The notes: generated from the letters alone by a model not told the origin. A stretch of 64,000 nucleotides of DNA from an uncultured Verrucomicrobiae bacterium (GCA_963762565.1 CAVXLD010000003.1:448001-512000); one strand, 5' to 3'; positions 28,693 through 40,895 are shown, numbered from the stretch's first letter. Numbers and translations: made by a program.

Positions 28693-30612
28693 TTAGTCAG
28701 CAGCCTGTATCTCAGCCTGGAAGATTTCCAGAGCTTTTTGAATTAAGGGATCATTTTTGAAATTGTCCTCGGCATTGGTTGCCGGCTCGGTTTTCTCCGG
28801 GAAAACGATCGGAACTAAATCATCCCGAGTCTCTCCTTTGATACTCGTTGGTTCGCCTAATCTCTCGGTTAACAGTTGTTCGATGTATTTACGGTTGTTT
28901 GGCCTTAACAACGTCTCCATCGCCATGCCATGCTGAGAGGCGAACCCTAGCCGGAGCTCATGATGTAACAGGCTTACCGGTACCGCGACGGTGAAATACT
29001 CTTGGATCAAGGGCCGGCTTTTGCGCACTTCCGTTACAATGTCGATCCAGAGCCGATTAAGATCCGGCGCCCCCGTTGCGGACGCGGTAGGGATGAGCTT
29101 GTGCTCATCCGCTTTTGGGTCGACGGTTTGCGGTCCCGACTCCGACGAGCCGGAGCTGGTCCCTGCTATTTCTGGTTCAATCACAGGCGCCTCAGGCGTC
29201 CGTACCGCTTCGACGGCTGTGTTCTCATCGGTAGTCGCCGCGCGTTTTTCCGATACGGGTTCATGCTGAGCCTTCACGGCGCCGGCGTTCTCGCTCGTTC
29301 CCGGCCTGCCCGACGTAGCCTCCCGGCTTGCCGGAGGTAGCCTCTCGGAGTCTAAACGACGAGGCGAAGTCTGGAGTTTCGAAGACGGGGCGAAGTCTGG
29401 TGTTTCCAGGGTGCGCGCAGGTTCAATCACCAGGGGGGCCGTTTTGCTCTTTCCGCTGGAGGGCGGATTTGAGGGCCCCTGCCGCAACTCTTCCAGTGCG
29501 TCCAGGACCTGATCAAAGCCAACCTCGGCCAGACTTTGGACTGCTCGGATTATTGCTAGCTCCAGGTGTAGCTTTTTGTTAGTCGCCCATTTCAGGGTCG
29601 GTTCGACCTCAGAGAGAATCTCCATCAACCTCAGGAGCTGCCCTGTGCTCAGCTTCGCTTTCAGGCTGGTGGTGACCGCTTTCGCTTTCTCACTCTGCTC
29701 GTCTTGTAAGCTGCCGGCATCAACTTGAGCGATCAACAGCGAGCGCAAAAAATTCAGCAGATCCGATAACAGCTTGGAAAGGTCTTTACCGGCTTCTTGC
29801 TGCGCTTGGATCAGGTGCAATGCTTTTGTGGATTCGCGGGTAATGATGGCTTGGGTGAGATCGAGCACGACTTGCTCAGCGGTGAGGCCGAAAACCTCCA
29901 GTACCTGTTCCTCGGCAATGGACGCCCCGCAAAATGCCACCAACTGATCCAGCATGGACTCGGCATCCCGCAGCCCACCATCGGCAGCGGCGGCGATGGC
30001 ATTGGAAGCAGCAGTGGCCAAGGTGACGCCTTCCTGGATCGCGATGAAATTCAAATGCTCGGCAATAATCCGAGGCGGAATCCGGTGAAGATCGAATCGC
30101 TGGCAACGGCTCAGGATCGTCGGTAGAACCTTGTGTGGTTCGGTCGTGGCAAACACGAAAATCACGTGTTGCGGCGGTTCCTCCAGGGTTTTCAGCAGGG
30201 CGTTGAAAGCCTGCTGGGTGAGCATGTGGACCTCATCGATGATATAGACCTTGTAACGCCCTCGGACAGGGGCGAACCGGACGTTGTCCCGAAGCTCCCG
30301 CACTTGATCGACGCTGTTATTGCTCGCGCCGTCGATCTCGAGGACATCCAAGCTGATACCTAACGCGATTTCCCGGCAAGAATCGCAAACGCCGCACGGG
30401 GTCGGGGTAGGGCCGTGTACGCAATTCAGTGCTTTTGCCAAGATCCTGGCCGTCGAGGTCTTTCCCGTCCCTCTCGGACCAACAAACAAATAAGCGTGGG
30501 CCAGTCGACGCTGTTGGATCGCGTTCTTCAAAGTCTGCACCACATGGTCTTGACCCAAAACATCGTCAAAGATCTGTGGCCGATATTTGCGCGCAAAAAC
30601 CTGATAACTCAC
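28693..30612 (-). CDS. dnaX: DNA polymerase III subunit gamma/tau
   Basis: ARKYRPQ.F, GPRGTGKT, EIDGASNNSVD, IIDEVHML, FNALLKTLEEPP, TILSRCQRF. Confidence 0.97.
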   Translation of the reverse strand: MSYQVFARKYRPQIFDDVLGQDHVVQTLKNAIQQRRLAHAYLFVGPRGTGKTSTARILAKALNCVHGPTPTPCGVCDSCREIALGISLDVLEIDGASNNSVDQVRELRDNVRFAPVRGRYKVYIIDEVHMLTQQAFNALLKTLEEPPQHVIFVFATTEPHKVLPTILSRCQRFDLHRIPPRIIAEHLNFIAIQEGVTLATAASNAIAAAADGGLRDAESMLDQLVAFCGASIAEEQVLEVFGLTAEQVVLDLTQAIITRESTKALHLIQAQQEAGKDLSKLLSDLLNFLRSLLIAQVDAGSLQDEQSEKAKAVTTSLKAKLSTGQLLRLMEILSEVEPTLKWATNKKLHLELAIIRAVQSLAEVGFDQVLDALEELRQGPSNPPSSGKSKTAPLVIEPARTLETPDFAPSSKLQTSPRRLDSERLPPASREATSGRPGTSENAGAVKAQHEPVSEKRAATTDENTAVEAVRTPEAPVIEPEIAGTSSGSSESGPQTVDPKADEHKLIPTASATGAPDLNRLWIDIVTEVRKSRPLIQEYFTVAVPVSLLHHELRLGFASQHGMAMETLLRPNNRKYIEQLLTERLGEPTSIKGETRDDLVPIVFPEKTEPATNAEDNFKNDPLIQKALEIFQAEIQAAD

Positions 30613-30721
30613 GCTGGCAAGTTAAGCTAAAATGGCGTGGTAAGCCAAGCCGGAGTGGGGGGCGAAAAGGGGTGGCGTGAGAGTAAGCGGTAAGCGGTAA
30701 GCAGTAAGCAGTATCGGAGCT

Positions 30722-30937
30722 AGGGGGGTCGCCACCCGTGGAGCGCTGCCTCGCTTGCGAGGCCGTGGTGAGCAAGGGACCTGGCAAACGCGTACCTTGG
30801 TGTCGGCAGGCGCTCTGTATCGCACAACGTAGGCCTATCACCCGAAAGAGCGTGGGCCGACGATCCGCATGTCACCTTATGAGCCTTGCTCACGACGGCC
30901 TCGCAAGCGAGGCAACGCTCCACGGGTGGCGGCCCCC
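30722..30937. repeat. R1 inverted doublet flanked by inverted heptamer arrays
   Basis: R1 arms at ~30722-30778 and ~30885-30937; (GTAAGC[G/A])n at 30682-30710 and (CTTACT[G/T])n at 30953-30995. Confidence 0.85.
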
Positions 30938-31069
30938 TGCTCGCTCCCAAACCGCTTACTGCTTACTGCTTACTTCTTACTTCTTACTTCTTACTTTCGC
31001 GCCACCTCACGGCGCTCACCACCCCAATTCTGGCTTTCCTTTTCCCGGCGAATGCTGATCATTTGTCGC

Positions 31070-31261
31070 ATGCTCCCCACGGTCTTTCGTCTTTTGGCCT
31101 GGTTTATTGTTTTCTTGGGAGCCACCTTTTGTTGGATTGTCTTGATCGAGCATGGGCCGGATGACTTCGCTGAGGGGTGTAAGATTGAGGCCGCGAATTT
31201 CAAAGCGATTGTGACTCGTCTGGTTACCCCGCACTCAACAATTCAAGGTTTTAGGTTATAA
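31070..31261 (+). CDS. Small hypothetical membrane protein
   Basis: One hydrophobic segment followed by EHGP..F..G; directly upstream of the BtuF-like gene. Confidence 0.5.
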   Translation: MLPTVFRLLAWFIVFLGATFCWIVLIEHGPDDFAEGCKIEAANFKAIVTRLVTPHSTIQGFRL

Positions 31262-31271
31262 GTTTCAGGTT

Positions 31272-32069
31272 GTGCGGATTGTTTGTTTGAGCGCTGAGGC
31301 GGCCGACATCTGCTTTCGGCTAGGAGCCGAGGGGGATGTGGTCGGTGTCTCCTCCTTTGCTCCAAAGAAGCCCGAAAAACCGATCGTCTCCGGGTTTTCA
31401 CGGGGCAACATCGAAAACATCATTCGAGTGGATCCTGAGCTGGTGATCACGTTTTCCGATGTTCAGGCTGGTTTAGCGGAGGATCTGATCCGGGCTGGGG
31501 TACCGGTATTAGCATTGAATCATTTCACGGTAGCTGGAGTAGCGGACTCAGTTCGGTTATTGGGCCGAGTGCTCGGCCGGGTAGAGGCAGGTAAACAGCT
31601 GGCGGACCGATTCCTTACAGAACTGCTGGAGCGGACCTATTCTCCGGCGATCCGGCCCCGGATTTATTTCGAGGAATGGGACCGGCCGATGATTTCGGGA
31701 ATCCCCTGGATTTCGGAAATCATCCACATGGCAGGCGGCAACGATATTTTTGCCGGCCGTTCGGCAAAGAAAGCTGAGCAACGGACTGTAGAGATAAGAG
31801 ACGTGGTGGCGGCGAACCCACAGATTATCTTGGCTAGCTGGTGTGGCAAACCGGTCGACATCGACTCGATCCGCGCTCGAGAGGGATTTGAGGCGATCGA
31901 TGCCGTGCGCGATGGCCACATTTATGAGTTAGCGCCGGAGATCATCTTGCAAGCGGGTCCCAGTTTGGTCTCAGGGTTGGAGGCGATCGGAGCGATTGTT
32001 CGGGCGTGGGAGGGATCGCGTCCTCGTCCGGCAGCTGCCGGATCGTTCGCGGAGCCGACCGCCCTTTGA
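31272..32069 (+). CDS. BtuF-like helical-backbone metal/cobalamin-binding protein
   Basis: MRIVCLS, VVGVS, PRIYFEEW..P.ISGI.W, NPQIILASWCGK; no signal peptide apparent. Confidence 0.8.
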   Translation: MRIVCLSAEAADICFRLGAEGDVVGVSSFAPKKPEKPIVSGFSRGNIENIIRVDPELVITFSDVQAGLAEDLIRAGVPVLALNHFTVAGVADSVRLLGRVLGRVEAGKQLADRFLTELLERTYSPAIRPRIYFEEWDRPMISGIPWISEIIHMAGGNDIFAGRSAKKAEQRTVEIRDVVAANPQIILASWCGKPVDIDSIRAREGFEAIDAVRDGHIYELAPEIILQAGPSLVSGLEAIGAIVRAWEGSRPRPAAAGSFAEPTAL

Positions 32070-32441
32070 TATCGCGGATTTACATACGTTCACAGGGGAG
32101 GAACATCTTCGCGGCGCGCGAGGACGCGCGCCCTCCCAGTCAGGGCGTTATCCCCGTTTCGCCCATTCGCCCCCTGGCTTTCTTTGGTGGGGCGAGGTTC
32201 CCGCAGAATGTTGCGATTTCGCGGAGGATTAGATTTTGAGCGGGCAACATTGCGGCTAGGTCGGTAAGCGCGCCGAGCCGCGGTCCAGCGCTGGGCCCGG
32301 CTCGGCGCGCTTATCCCCATAGCCAGACGCCTTGTTGCCGCGAGCTTAATCTCTCCGCCAAGCCCGCAAGGTCGTTCGGGAGCCTCGCCCCACCAAATTG
32401 CTTCGCCCATCGCTCCGCTCCCGGCGCTGTCGGCGTTGTCA

Positions 32442-32470
32442 TTGACGCTATTCAAGTCCATCGGTAATTT
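32442..32470 (+). promoter_or_regulatory. Putative sigma70 promoter of rex (possibly leaderless)
   Basis: TTGACG-17 nt-TAATTT, 6 nt before GTG 32477. Confidence 0.5.
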
Positions 32471-32476
32471 TCAGGC

Positions 32477-33097
32477 GTGCCGAAGTTGGTCATACCGCGC
32501 AAGGCTGTCTATCGTCTGTCGCTTTACTATCGGGTATTGGAACGCCTCAATCAGAACCGAATTGAGACAGTTTCGTCGGACGCGTTAGCGAAAGCAGCCG
32601 GTGTGAAGCCGACTCAACTCCGCAAAGATCTGACCTATTTCGGCCAATTCGGGACTCGTGGACTGGGTTATAAGGTCGATTCTTTGCTGGCGAAGCTTAC
32701 CGGCGTCTTAAGAACCACCCGGTTTCAACCGGTGATCCTCGTCGGGGCCGGGAACCTTGGTTCCGCTTTGTTGCGCTATGACGGGTTCGCCAAGGAGGGG
32801 TTCGAAATCGTAGCCGCTTTTGATAGCCGGCCCGAGGGAGTAAAAACCGATAATTGCAAGGTGCCGATTCAGCCCGTCGAACAAATGAAAGAGTTCGTCC
32901 GGGAACACAGTATCAAATTAGCGATTTTAGCGGTCCCAGGGGTTGCGGCACAAGAGGTGACCAATCAGCTGGTGGAAGCGGGGATACAAGCTATTCTGAA
33001 CTTCTCGCCGTTGATCTTGCAGGTTCCGCCGCATGTGGTGGTCAACAACGTGAACCTGGCGATCGAGTTGGAAAATCTCACGTACTTTATTACTTAG
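32477..33097 (+). CDS. rex: Redox-sensing transcriptional repressor Rex
   Basis: IP...RLSLYYR.L, QLRKDLTYFGQFGTRGLGY, VGAGNLGSAL, AILNFSP. Confidence 0.95.
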   Translation: MPKLVIPRKAVYRLSLYYRVLERLNQNRIETVSSDALAKAAGVKPTQLRKDLTYFGQFGTRGLGYKVDSLLAKLTGVLRTTRFQPVILVGAGNLGSALLRYDGFAKEGFEIVAAFDSRPEGVKTDNCKVPIQPVEQMKEFVREHSIKLAILAVPGVAAQEVTNQLVEAGIQAILNFSPLILQVPPHVVVNNVNLAIELENLTYFIT

Positions 33098-33281
33098 ATT
33101 GGACTTTGTGGGGTGGTAGAGGGGTGGGCGTGCGTTTCGCAATCTGGGTGGTGGCGGAGGCGAAACGGCGAATGGGCGACACGGCGATGGGGCGATTTCG
33201 CCGGCGCGCCCATTCGCCGAGTCGCCGTTTCGCCCCTTCGCGGCATCGGAGCTGCACGCTAATAACGTTCGGGCAGGAGCG

Positions 33282-33845
33282 TTACACCCCTAATCGCGGT
33301 CCCGTGTGGCCGAGAATTTTCACCGTTTGATTGAGCTGATCGATCTTTAAAGGCTTCTTCAAAACGGTGACTGGGCTAATCTGCAAGATGCGATCAAGAA
33401 CCTCGGAATCCGGATACCCAGTGATCACAATCACATTAAGGTCGGGATCAATCTGCTTGGCGTTCCGATAAACTTGGTCTCCTGGTGCATCAGGAAGCTG
33501 GAGGTCCAAGAACATCAGATCAAATTTCTGTTTTTTCAGGCTGGCAATCGCGTCCTTGGCTGTGCCGACCACGACCCGGCTAAACCCAACTTTCTTCAGG
33601 AAATTTCGGAATAGCTCTTGTAACCCGGGATCGTCGTCCACCACGAGAACGGTGGGTTGTCCCTGCTTATCCTGGTGCAAGATATCGCGATCCAGCGACG
33701 ATTTCTTAATCCGCCATCGTCCTCCGATCTGAATTGCCGGGATCTGACCTCGCTGGACCAAGTAGTAAACGGTTGGGAGAGGGATTCTTAGGTATTCCGC
33801 TGTTTCTTTAACCGTCAGCAGATTATGGTTCGGGGGCTCGCTCAC
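33282..33845 (-). CDS. Response regulator with N-terminal excisionase-type HTH
   Basis: LLTVKETAEYLRI...GQIPAIQIGGRWRI (HTH_17) followed by a receiver domain (VLVVDDD, FLDLQLPD, ITGY, KP). Confidence 0.85.
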   Translation of the reverse strand: MSEPPNHNLLTVKETAEYLRIPLPTVYYLVQRGQIPAIQIGGRWRIKKSSLDRDILHQDKQGQPTVLVVDDDPGLQELFRNFLKKVGFSRVVVGTAKDAIASLKKQKFDLMFLDLQLPDAPGDQVYRNAKQIDPDLNVIVITGYPDSEVLDRILQISPVTVLKKPLKIDQLNQTVKILGHTGPRLGV

Positions 33846-34109
33846 AAATATCGGCTTAGCAGATCCAGTTGAATTTGAATGTAGGATTGTTATGAGATTA
33901 CGACAGGTTCGTCAATAGAACGTTTTTTGGCCGCGATACAGGCGGACTCGCCCTGAAGCTCGTCCGCATGACAAATGACAGATGACGGATGACAAATGTC
34001 AGAGATAGACTGCAGGTGACCGAAGGATCTCCGAATCTGTGATTTGTCATCTGTCATTTGCCATTTCTAGTGAGCCTAAGGCGAATTCGGAAAACAGGAC
34101 GCTAAACTA

Positions 34110-35519
<1,410 letters not shown>

Positions 35520-35791
35520 CCTGTGCTCGGCTTAGCCTAGCACTGTGAGAAGTGAGAGGTGAGAGGTGAGAAGTGATTGGTAACGCTCTCGCGCAGGTCA
35601 CGCTGCAACCGCTTGCGTCCGTCCCATAAGTCCCATCTGTCCCATAGAGCCTGTCGCGCCGTAGGCTTGGCGGAGGCGGATCCCATTTGTGGCTGGCTCC
35701 CGGACTCTCACTTTGCGGGCGACTCGCCATCACCCAACACCCAACCACTTCTCACCTCTCACCAATCACCTCTCACTTCTCACGTGCGAGG

Positions 35792-36556
35792 CTAACCGAG
35801 CACAATCTCGACCGCTCGCTGAATAGCCGCAGCATGCGCTTGTACCCGTGAGCTTAACTCATATTCAGACGGCGTTTCGAAGGTAATCGTGTGGTGACTA
35901 TGATTGAAGGCGAGATAGGCGGCCTCGGGCATCACTGGATATTGTTTTACCCGGATGCGACGTTTGATCGAGCCTTGGAGGGCCCTACGGCCCTCGATCT
36001 TTTTCCGGAGATCGATCGGCACGTAATAGCCGGCCGCAGTGAGTAATTCGAGGCCGATAGGACGGTCAGCCGATCCTCCCTGCCTGACTTCGTACAGATA
36101 AACTCCCTGAGCGTCATAGTCCTCATGCAAACACATGGACAGGGAAAAAGAGTAACCTTTTAACAATTCCTTCTGAGCCTTGATCTCGGGGACGTTGTCC
36201 AAGTGATAGCTACGATTAAGGTCACGGCCGTCAGCGTCGACTCGAGTGTTATGAACCAGGCCCCAAGGATTTAAACAAGGCAGAAGGAACAACGGCAAAC
36301 GGCGAAGGTACTTCAGGTTCAATTCGGCCCACAGATAGAGACCTTCGGTGGAAGCGGGTTCATCGCCGTGAATCCCGGCCGAGAGATAGATTCCCTCCGT
36401 GGTTTCAAGCGCAGGGGAGCGGACACAGAGAAGTTCGTACTGGTCGGAAGTGGCGAAAGACTCGCAACCGAGCTGCGCCCTGCGCGCCAAGCTCTTCCAC
36501 CGACGAGCAAGATAGAGATAATCGTGAGCGCGATGGGTTTGAAAATCGAACGTCAT
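35792..36556 (-). CDS. M14-family zinc peptidase (MpaA/succinylglutamate desuccinylase-like)
   Basis: SAGIHGDEPA, CLNPWG, RDLNR, CLHED, TFETPS; 4-nt overlap with the mpl stop. Confidence 0.85.
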   Translation of the reverse strand: MTFDFQTHRAHDYLYLARRWKSLARRAQLGCESFATSDQYELLCVRSPALETTEGIYLSAGIHGDEPASTEGLYLWAELNLKYLRRLPLFLLPCLNPWGLVHNTRVDADGRDLNRSYHLDNVPEIKAQKELLKGYSFSLSMCLHEDYDAQGVYLYEVRQGGSADRPIGLELLTAAGYYVPIDLRKKIEGRRALQGSIKRRIRVKQYPVMPEAAYLAFNHSHHTITFETPSEYELSSRVQAHAAAIQRAVEIVLG

Positions 36557-37956
36557 CCAGCGGCTAATTCTTTCAGCAACTTATCGTGGATACCGCCGAA
36601 GCCGCCATTACTAAATACCACTACCGCGTCACCAGAGCTGGCCAATGGTTTGACCCGTTTTACGATTTCATCGACGCCGGCCTCGCAAAAAGCTGGCTTA
36701 CCGGCGTCTTTGATCGTCTGGATCACTTTAGCCGGGTCTAACCGCTCATTAACCGGTAGTTGATCGAGCCGGGCTACCGGCGCCATGATCACTCCGTCCG
36801 CCAGACCGAGCGCCGCTGCTAATTCAGACTGAAACACCGCCCGCCGCGTGGTGTTAGTTCTGGGTTCAAAGATGGCCCAAAGCCGGCCCTTGGGATAGCG
36901 GCAACGCAACGCAAGCAGGGTCTCTTTAATCGCGGTTGGATGATGCCCGAAATCGTCGATAACCTTGATTCCGTTTACTTCTCCACGCACGTCCTGCCTC
37001 CTGGCCACCCCGCTGAAACTCCTGACGGCTTTTTGAATGACCTCCGTTGGAATCCCGTAAGTCCGCGCAACCGAGATCGCCATCGTAGCATTACGGACGT
37101 TGAATGCACCCAACAGTTGCATTTCAAACCTGTCAGCGCCCAGCGTGAAAGCCGAGCCGTACTCATGATATTCAACGTTTGTTATCCGAATGTTAGCCGA
37201 TTCCGCCAACCCAACGGTATAGACAGGAGCGAATGAATGATCGGTAACCGCGGCGCAGCGCGGGTCATCCCCGTTGATGAAAATCCGGCCGCTGTGCGGG
37301 ACTATGTTTACCAGACGTCGGAAGCTGACCAGGATCTCCTCTAAGTTCTGAAAGATGTCTGCGTGATCGAACTCGACGTTATTGATTACTAACGTTTGAG
37401 GTAAGTAATGCAAAAACTTTGAGCGCTTGTCGAAAAAGGCGGTGTCGTATTCGTCACCTTCAATCACGAAATAGGGAGAATCAGGGAACGCCGCGCCCTG
37501 TCCCAAGTCCTTCGCGATCCCACCGATTAGGAAACCTGGATCCAAATCAGCCGTCCGAAAAATCCAGGTTAGTAACGAAGTCGTGGTCGTTTTCCCGTGG
37601 GTTCCGGTGACCACAACGTTTTGTTTTCCCTGCAAAAAGAATTCTTTTAGCGTCTCCGGAAGTGACCGGTACAAAAGGTTCCGATCTAGGACCGCTTCCA
37701 GTTCCGGGTTCCCTCTCGAGATCGCATTACCGATTATCACTAAGTCGACATCGGGAGGCAGATTCTCCGGACGAAACCCGCTGGCAATTGGGATCTCCTT
37801 TGTGGCCAGGAAGGTTGACATTGGAGGATAGACATTGTCGTCGGAGCCGGAGACAACGTACCCACGATCACGGATGGCGGCAGCGACCGCTCCCATAGCG
37901 GTTCCGCAGATACCAATAAAATGAATTCGCCGGACAGGTTTCAGCATTAAATACAA
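36553..37956 (-). CDS. mpl: UDP-MurNAc:L-Ala-gamma-D-Glu-meso-DAP ligase
   Basis: IHFIGICGTAMG, YPPMST, GTHGKTTT, EGDEYDTAFFDKRSKF, DDFGHHPTAI, SNGGFGGIH. Confidence 0.93.
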   Translation of the reverse strand: MYLMLKPVRRIHFIGICGTAMGAVAAAIRDRGYVVSGSDDNVYPPMSTFLATKEIPIASGFRPENLPPDVDLVIIGNAISRGNPELEAVLDRNLLYRSLPETLKEFFLQGKQNVVVTGTHGKTTTTSLLTWIFRTADLDPGFLIGGIAKDLGQGAAFPDSPYFVIEGDEYDTAFFDKRSKFLHYLPQTLVINNVEFDHADIFQNLEEILVSFRRLVNIVPHSGRIFINGDDPRCAAVTDHSFAPVYTVGLAESANIRITNVEYHEYGSAFTLGADRFEMQLLGAFNVRNATMAISVARTYGIPTEVIQKAVRSFSGVARRQDVRGEVNGIKVIDDFGHHPTAIKETLLALRCRYPKGRLWAIFEPRTNTTRRAVFQSELAAALGLADGVIMAPVARLDQLPVNERLDPAKVIQTIKDAGKPAFCEAGVDEIVKRVKPLASSGDAVVVFSNGGFGGIHDKLLKELAAG

Positions 37957-38261
37957 AGTGCCTGATAGTTACGTGCCTGCAGATCGGACCCCGACACTAT
38001 GCCGAAGGTCGGCGGAAGCGAAAGGGGAAAAAGGGGAGCTGGTAGGGCGAGGCTCCCGAACGACCTTAATAGGTTCGCGGAGCGACCGACGCGCTCTGAC
38101 CGGACGATCCTTCTATACCGTTAAGCCTGCCGAGCCGGGATCCGCGCAAACCACGGCTCGGCGGGCGCATTGGCCTAGCAGCACCACGTGCATCGGTAAG
38201 TTTATTCCTTCGCGAACCGTCAAAGGTCATTCGGGAGCCTCGCCCTAACAGCGTAAATTAA

Positions 38262-38606
38262 TTACTTTGGCTCCAGCATCTCAATTAATGCCTGATCGCC
38301 GTTGAGCAGGTAAAACGCGACGAAGGTCATCGATTCTGAGTTGGAGGCATTTCCGAAATTCGCAATGATGGCGCCCGCAGGCTCATGGAAGGCAGACCCG
38401 GCAGGTAGAATTTGCTCGCGTTCACCCTCGATCTGGTAGGTGGCGGTTCCTTCTACGATATATCCTAATACGGCGCAGGGGTGCAGATGACGCCCCGACT
38501 GTTGTCCCGGTTGCAACCGGATTTCACGCACATCCGCCGAAGTGAAAACGCCGTTTTTGAAAACCGCTTTCAGAAGTTCTTTTCGTTCAATCGGTGGTTG
38601 GCTCAT
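38262..38606 (-). CDS. Cupin-domain protein
   Basis: PGQQSGRHLHP...GYIVEG...AGSAFHEP cupin motifs. Confidence 0.8.
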   Translation of the reverse strand: MSQPPIERKELLKAVFKNGVFTSADVREIRLQPGQQSGRHLHPCAVLGYIVEGTATYQIEGEREQILPAGSAFHEPAGAIIANFGNASNSESMTFVAFYLLNGDQALIEMLEPK

Positions 38607-38699
38607 GGGACGAAAATAGCAAATAGCAGATGTCGCTTTACGTGGTTCATCATTTTTGTTCTTCTCCAAGGGCTGTGACGCGAGAAGCCAGCCTCCGAA

Positions 38700-39038
38700 T
38701 TGGAAAATCTTCTGGGATGGGTCGCCTTTGAGATAGTTGCCGGAGTTGCCGGCATTGCTCTTTTGAATCAACTCGGTCAGGGGCGTTTCGGTCTGCCCTG
38801 GCTAGGGCTCGTTGTCGGTGTTCATTTCTTTGGCATGGGCGCCGCTTTTCATACGTCGATCCATCATTGGGTGGGGGCCGCCATGTGTTTGGTGGCCCTC
38901 GTTTCACTGATTTGGTTGCCGTCAAAGCAAGCTGGCGCCGGCACGGTTAGGGTTTCTGACTTGGTAGCGGGGATAGGTTGTGCGGTGACTCTTTGGGGTT
39001 TCGTTCTGATCAGTTCTCGAAGTGGAGCTAGGAGGTAG
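38700..39038 (+). pseudogene. Probably 5'-truncated membrane protein
   Basis: Four hydrophobic segments including LVVGVHF; weak TTG start crowded against the divergent cupin gene. Confidence 0.4.
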
Positions 39039-39410
39039 AAGGGGTACGCGGGGAATAACCCAGCGCGATGCATCTGCCCTAACGGCTTCGGTTCATTGTG
39101 GACCCAGGCCAGGTATAACTGCAAACCCCTGGGTCGTTCCCGGGAGCCGCCTGTTTTCACACGTTCCGGTTGGGCTACCGCTGAGCCAAATATCGCGGGA
39201 CCGGCTGAGGTACGCGCTAAAGCGGCTCCCCTCCAGACGTTGGGCGACAATACGCCGCATCGACGTGCCGGCCTCTTCCGAGGACGAGGACGACGACGAG
39301 GACGAGAACGATTCCTGCAGGTCAGCCTCTCCTAGCTCCTCCACTGCTTACTGCTTACTGCTTACTGATTACCGCTTGCGGCTGACCCGTCCCCGGTCTC
39401 CTTTCTCCCC

Positions 39411-40895
39411 ATGGACCCCTATCAAAAGCTTTTGGAACGGTTTAAGGAGGCACGCCTACTCACTTCGACCTCATCGATCCTCAATTGGGACGAAGAGACG
39501 TACTTACCGAAAAAAGGCGTTCGATATCGAGCGGAGCAGCTCAGTTATTTAGCTTCCAAAGCCCATGTGCTTAGCACGGCTCCGGAGGTGGGGGAATGGC
39601 TGAGTGCGTGCGAACAGGCCGGTTATCCTAAGGACTCGGATGAGGAGGCCAATGTTTATAATTGGCGGCATGATTACGATTTAGCCACTAAGTTGCCGGT
39701 TAGTTTCGTTGAAGACTTCGAACGGTCCGCCGCTCTGGCCCGGGAAGCGTGGAAAGAGGCTCGTCTGGCCGGCAATTTCGCCGGGTTCCAACCGCACTTG
39801 CAGAAGATGGTGGATCTGAACAAACAGAAGGCCGACCTGTTCGGCTATAAAGCGTCCCCGTACGACGCTTTGTTGGACCAGTTCGAGGCGGGTGCGACGG
39901 TCAGTTACATCCGGCCGCTGTTCGCGGAATTGAAATCGGCTCTGGTGGACCTGGTCCGAGCGATCGGCTCAGAAGCTTCTGACCATGAGCCACTTGCTGG
40001 CCATTACCCTGTCGCTGAGCAACAAGCGTTTAACCAACTGATTTCGTCGGCGCTTGGTTACGATTTTGATGGTGGCCGGATCGATACCACCACTCATCCT
40101 TTTGCCACGACGCTAGGGCCGGACGATCAGAGAATCACGACCCGGTACAATGAAAATCTGTTCCAGATGTCGCTTTACGGGATCATGCATGAGACCGGGC
40201 ACGCTCTTTACGAGCAAGGACTACCGAAGGAAGCTTTTGGAACCCCTTTAGGAAGTGCGGTGTCGCTCGGTATCCATGAATCCCAATCGCGGCTTTGGGA
40301 AAATCACGTGGGCCGCAGCGCTTCCTTTTGGGACCGTTGGTATCCGGAAGCGGTCCGTTGTTTAACGGATCTGAAGCGATTCGACCCAGCAACGGTTATA
40401 CGAGGAGTACAACAAGTCCGTCCGTCGCTTATCCGAGTGGAAGCGGACGAAGTCACTTACGACCTCCATATCCTCTTACGGTTTGAGATCGAAGTCGGTC
40501 TGATTGAAGGGACCATCGCCGTACCCGATCTGCCGGCGCTTTGGAACGAACGCTTCGCCGAGTTTTTTGGGATCAAGGTCCCGAACGATCGAGTCGGCGT
40601 ACTGCAAGATATCCATTGGAGCATGGGCATGCTCGGTTATTTCCCGACGTACACCTTGGGAAATCTCAATGCCGCCCAATTGATGAATCGTGCTTCCACC
40701 GATATCGCCGGATTGAACGATGCGTTGGTCCGCGGTGAATACCGTCCATTGTTGGATTGGCTCCGGAACAATGTCCACCGGTATGGCCGCCGTTATTTGC
40801 CGAATGACCTGATGACCCGCGCCACCGGTGAACCGACCAAAGCGAAGTACCGGATTGAGTATTTGCGGGCGAAGTACGGCGGCGCTTCGCGGTGA
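39411..40895 (+). CDS. Carboxypeptidase M32 (Taq-type)
   Basis: HPF, RITTRY, HETGHALYEQG (HEXXH), HESQSR, IRVEADE, LQDIHW, GYFPTY. Confidence 0.95.
   Translation: MDPYQKLLERFKEARLLTSTSSILNWDEETYLPKKGVRYRAEQLSYLASKAHVLSTAPEVGEWLSACEQAGYPKDSDEEANVYNWRHDYDLATKLPVSFVEDFERSAALAREAWKEARLAGNFAGFQPHLQKMVDLNKQKADLFGYKASPYDALLDQFEAGATVSYIRPLFAELKSALVDLVRAIGSEASDHEPLAGHYPVAEQQAFNQLISSALGYDFDGGRIDTTTHPFATTLGPDDQRITTRYNENLFQMSLYGIMHETGHALYEQGLPKEAFGTPLGSAVSLGIHESQSRLWENHVGRSASFWDRWYPEAVRCLTDLKRFDPATVIRGVQQVRPSLIRVEADEVTYDLHILLRFEIEVGLIEGTIAVPDLPALWNERFAEFFGIKVPNDRVGVLQDIHWSMGMLGYFPTYTLGNLNAAQLMNRASTDIAGLNDALVRGEYRPLLDWLRNNVHRYGRRYLPNDLMTRATGEPTKAKYRIEYLRAKYGGASR

Noticed and set aside
30613..31000. SRP RNA (ffs), often found upstream of dnaX
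   Set aside because: The region consists of the R1 doublet and heptamer arrays; no SRP loop motif seen.
30996..31271. Cobalamin riboswitch upstream of the BtuF-like gene
   Set aside because: No B12-box or other conserved elements recognised; the space is occupied by a small ORF.
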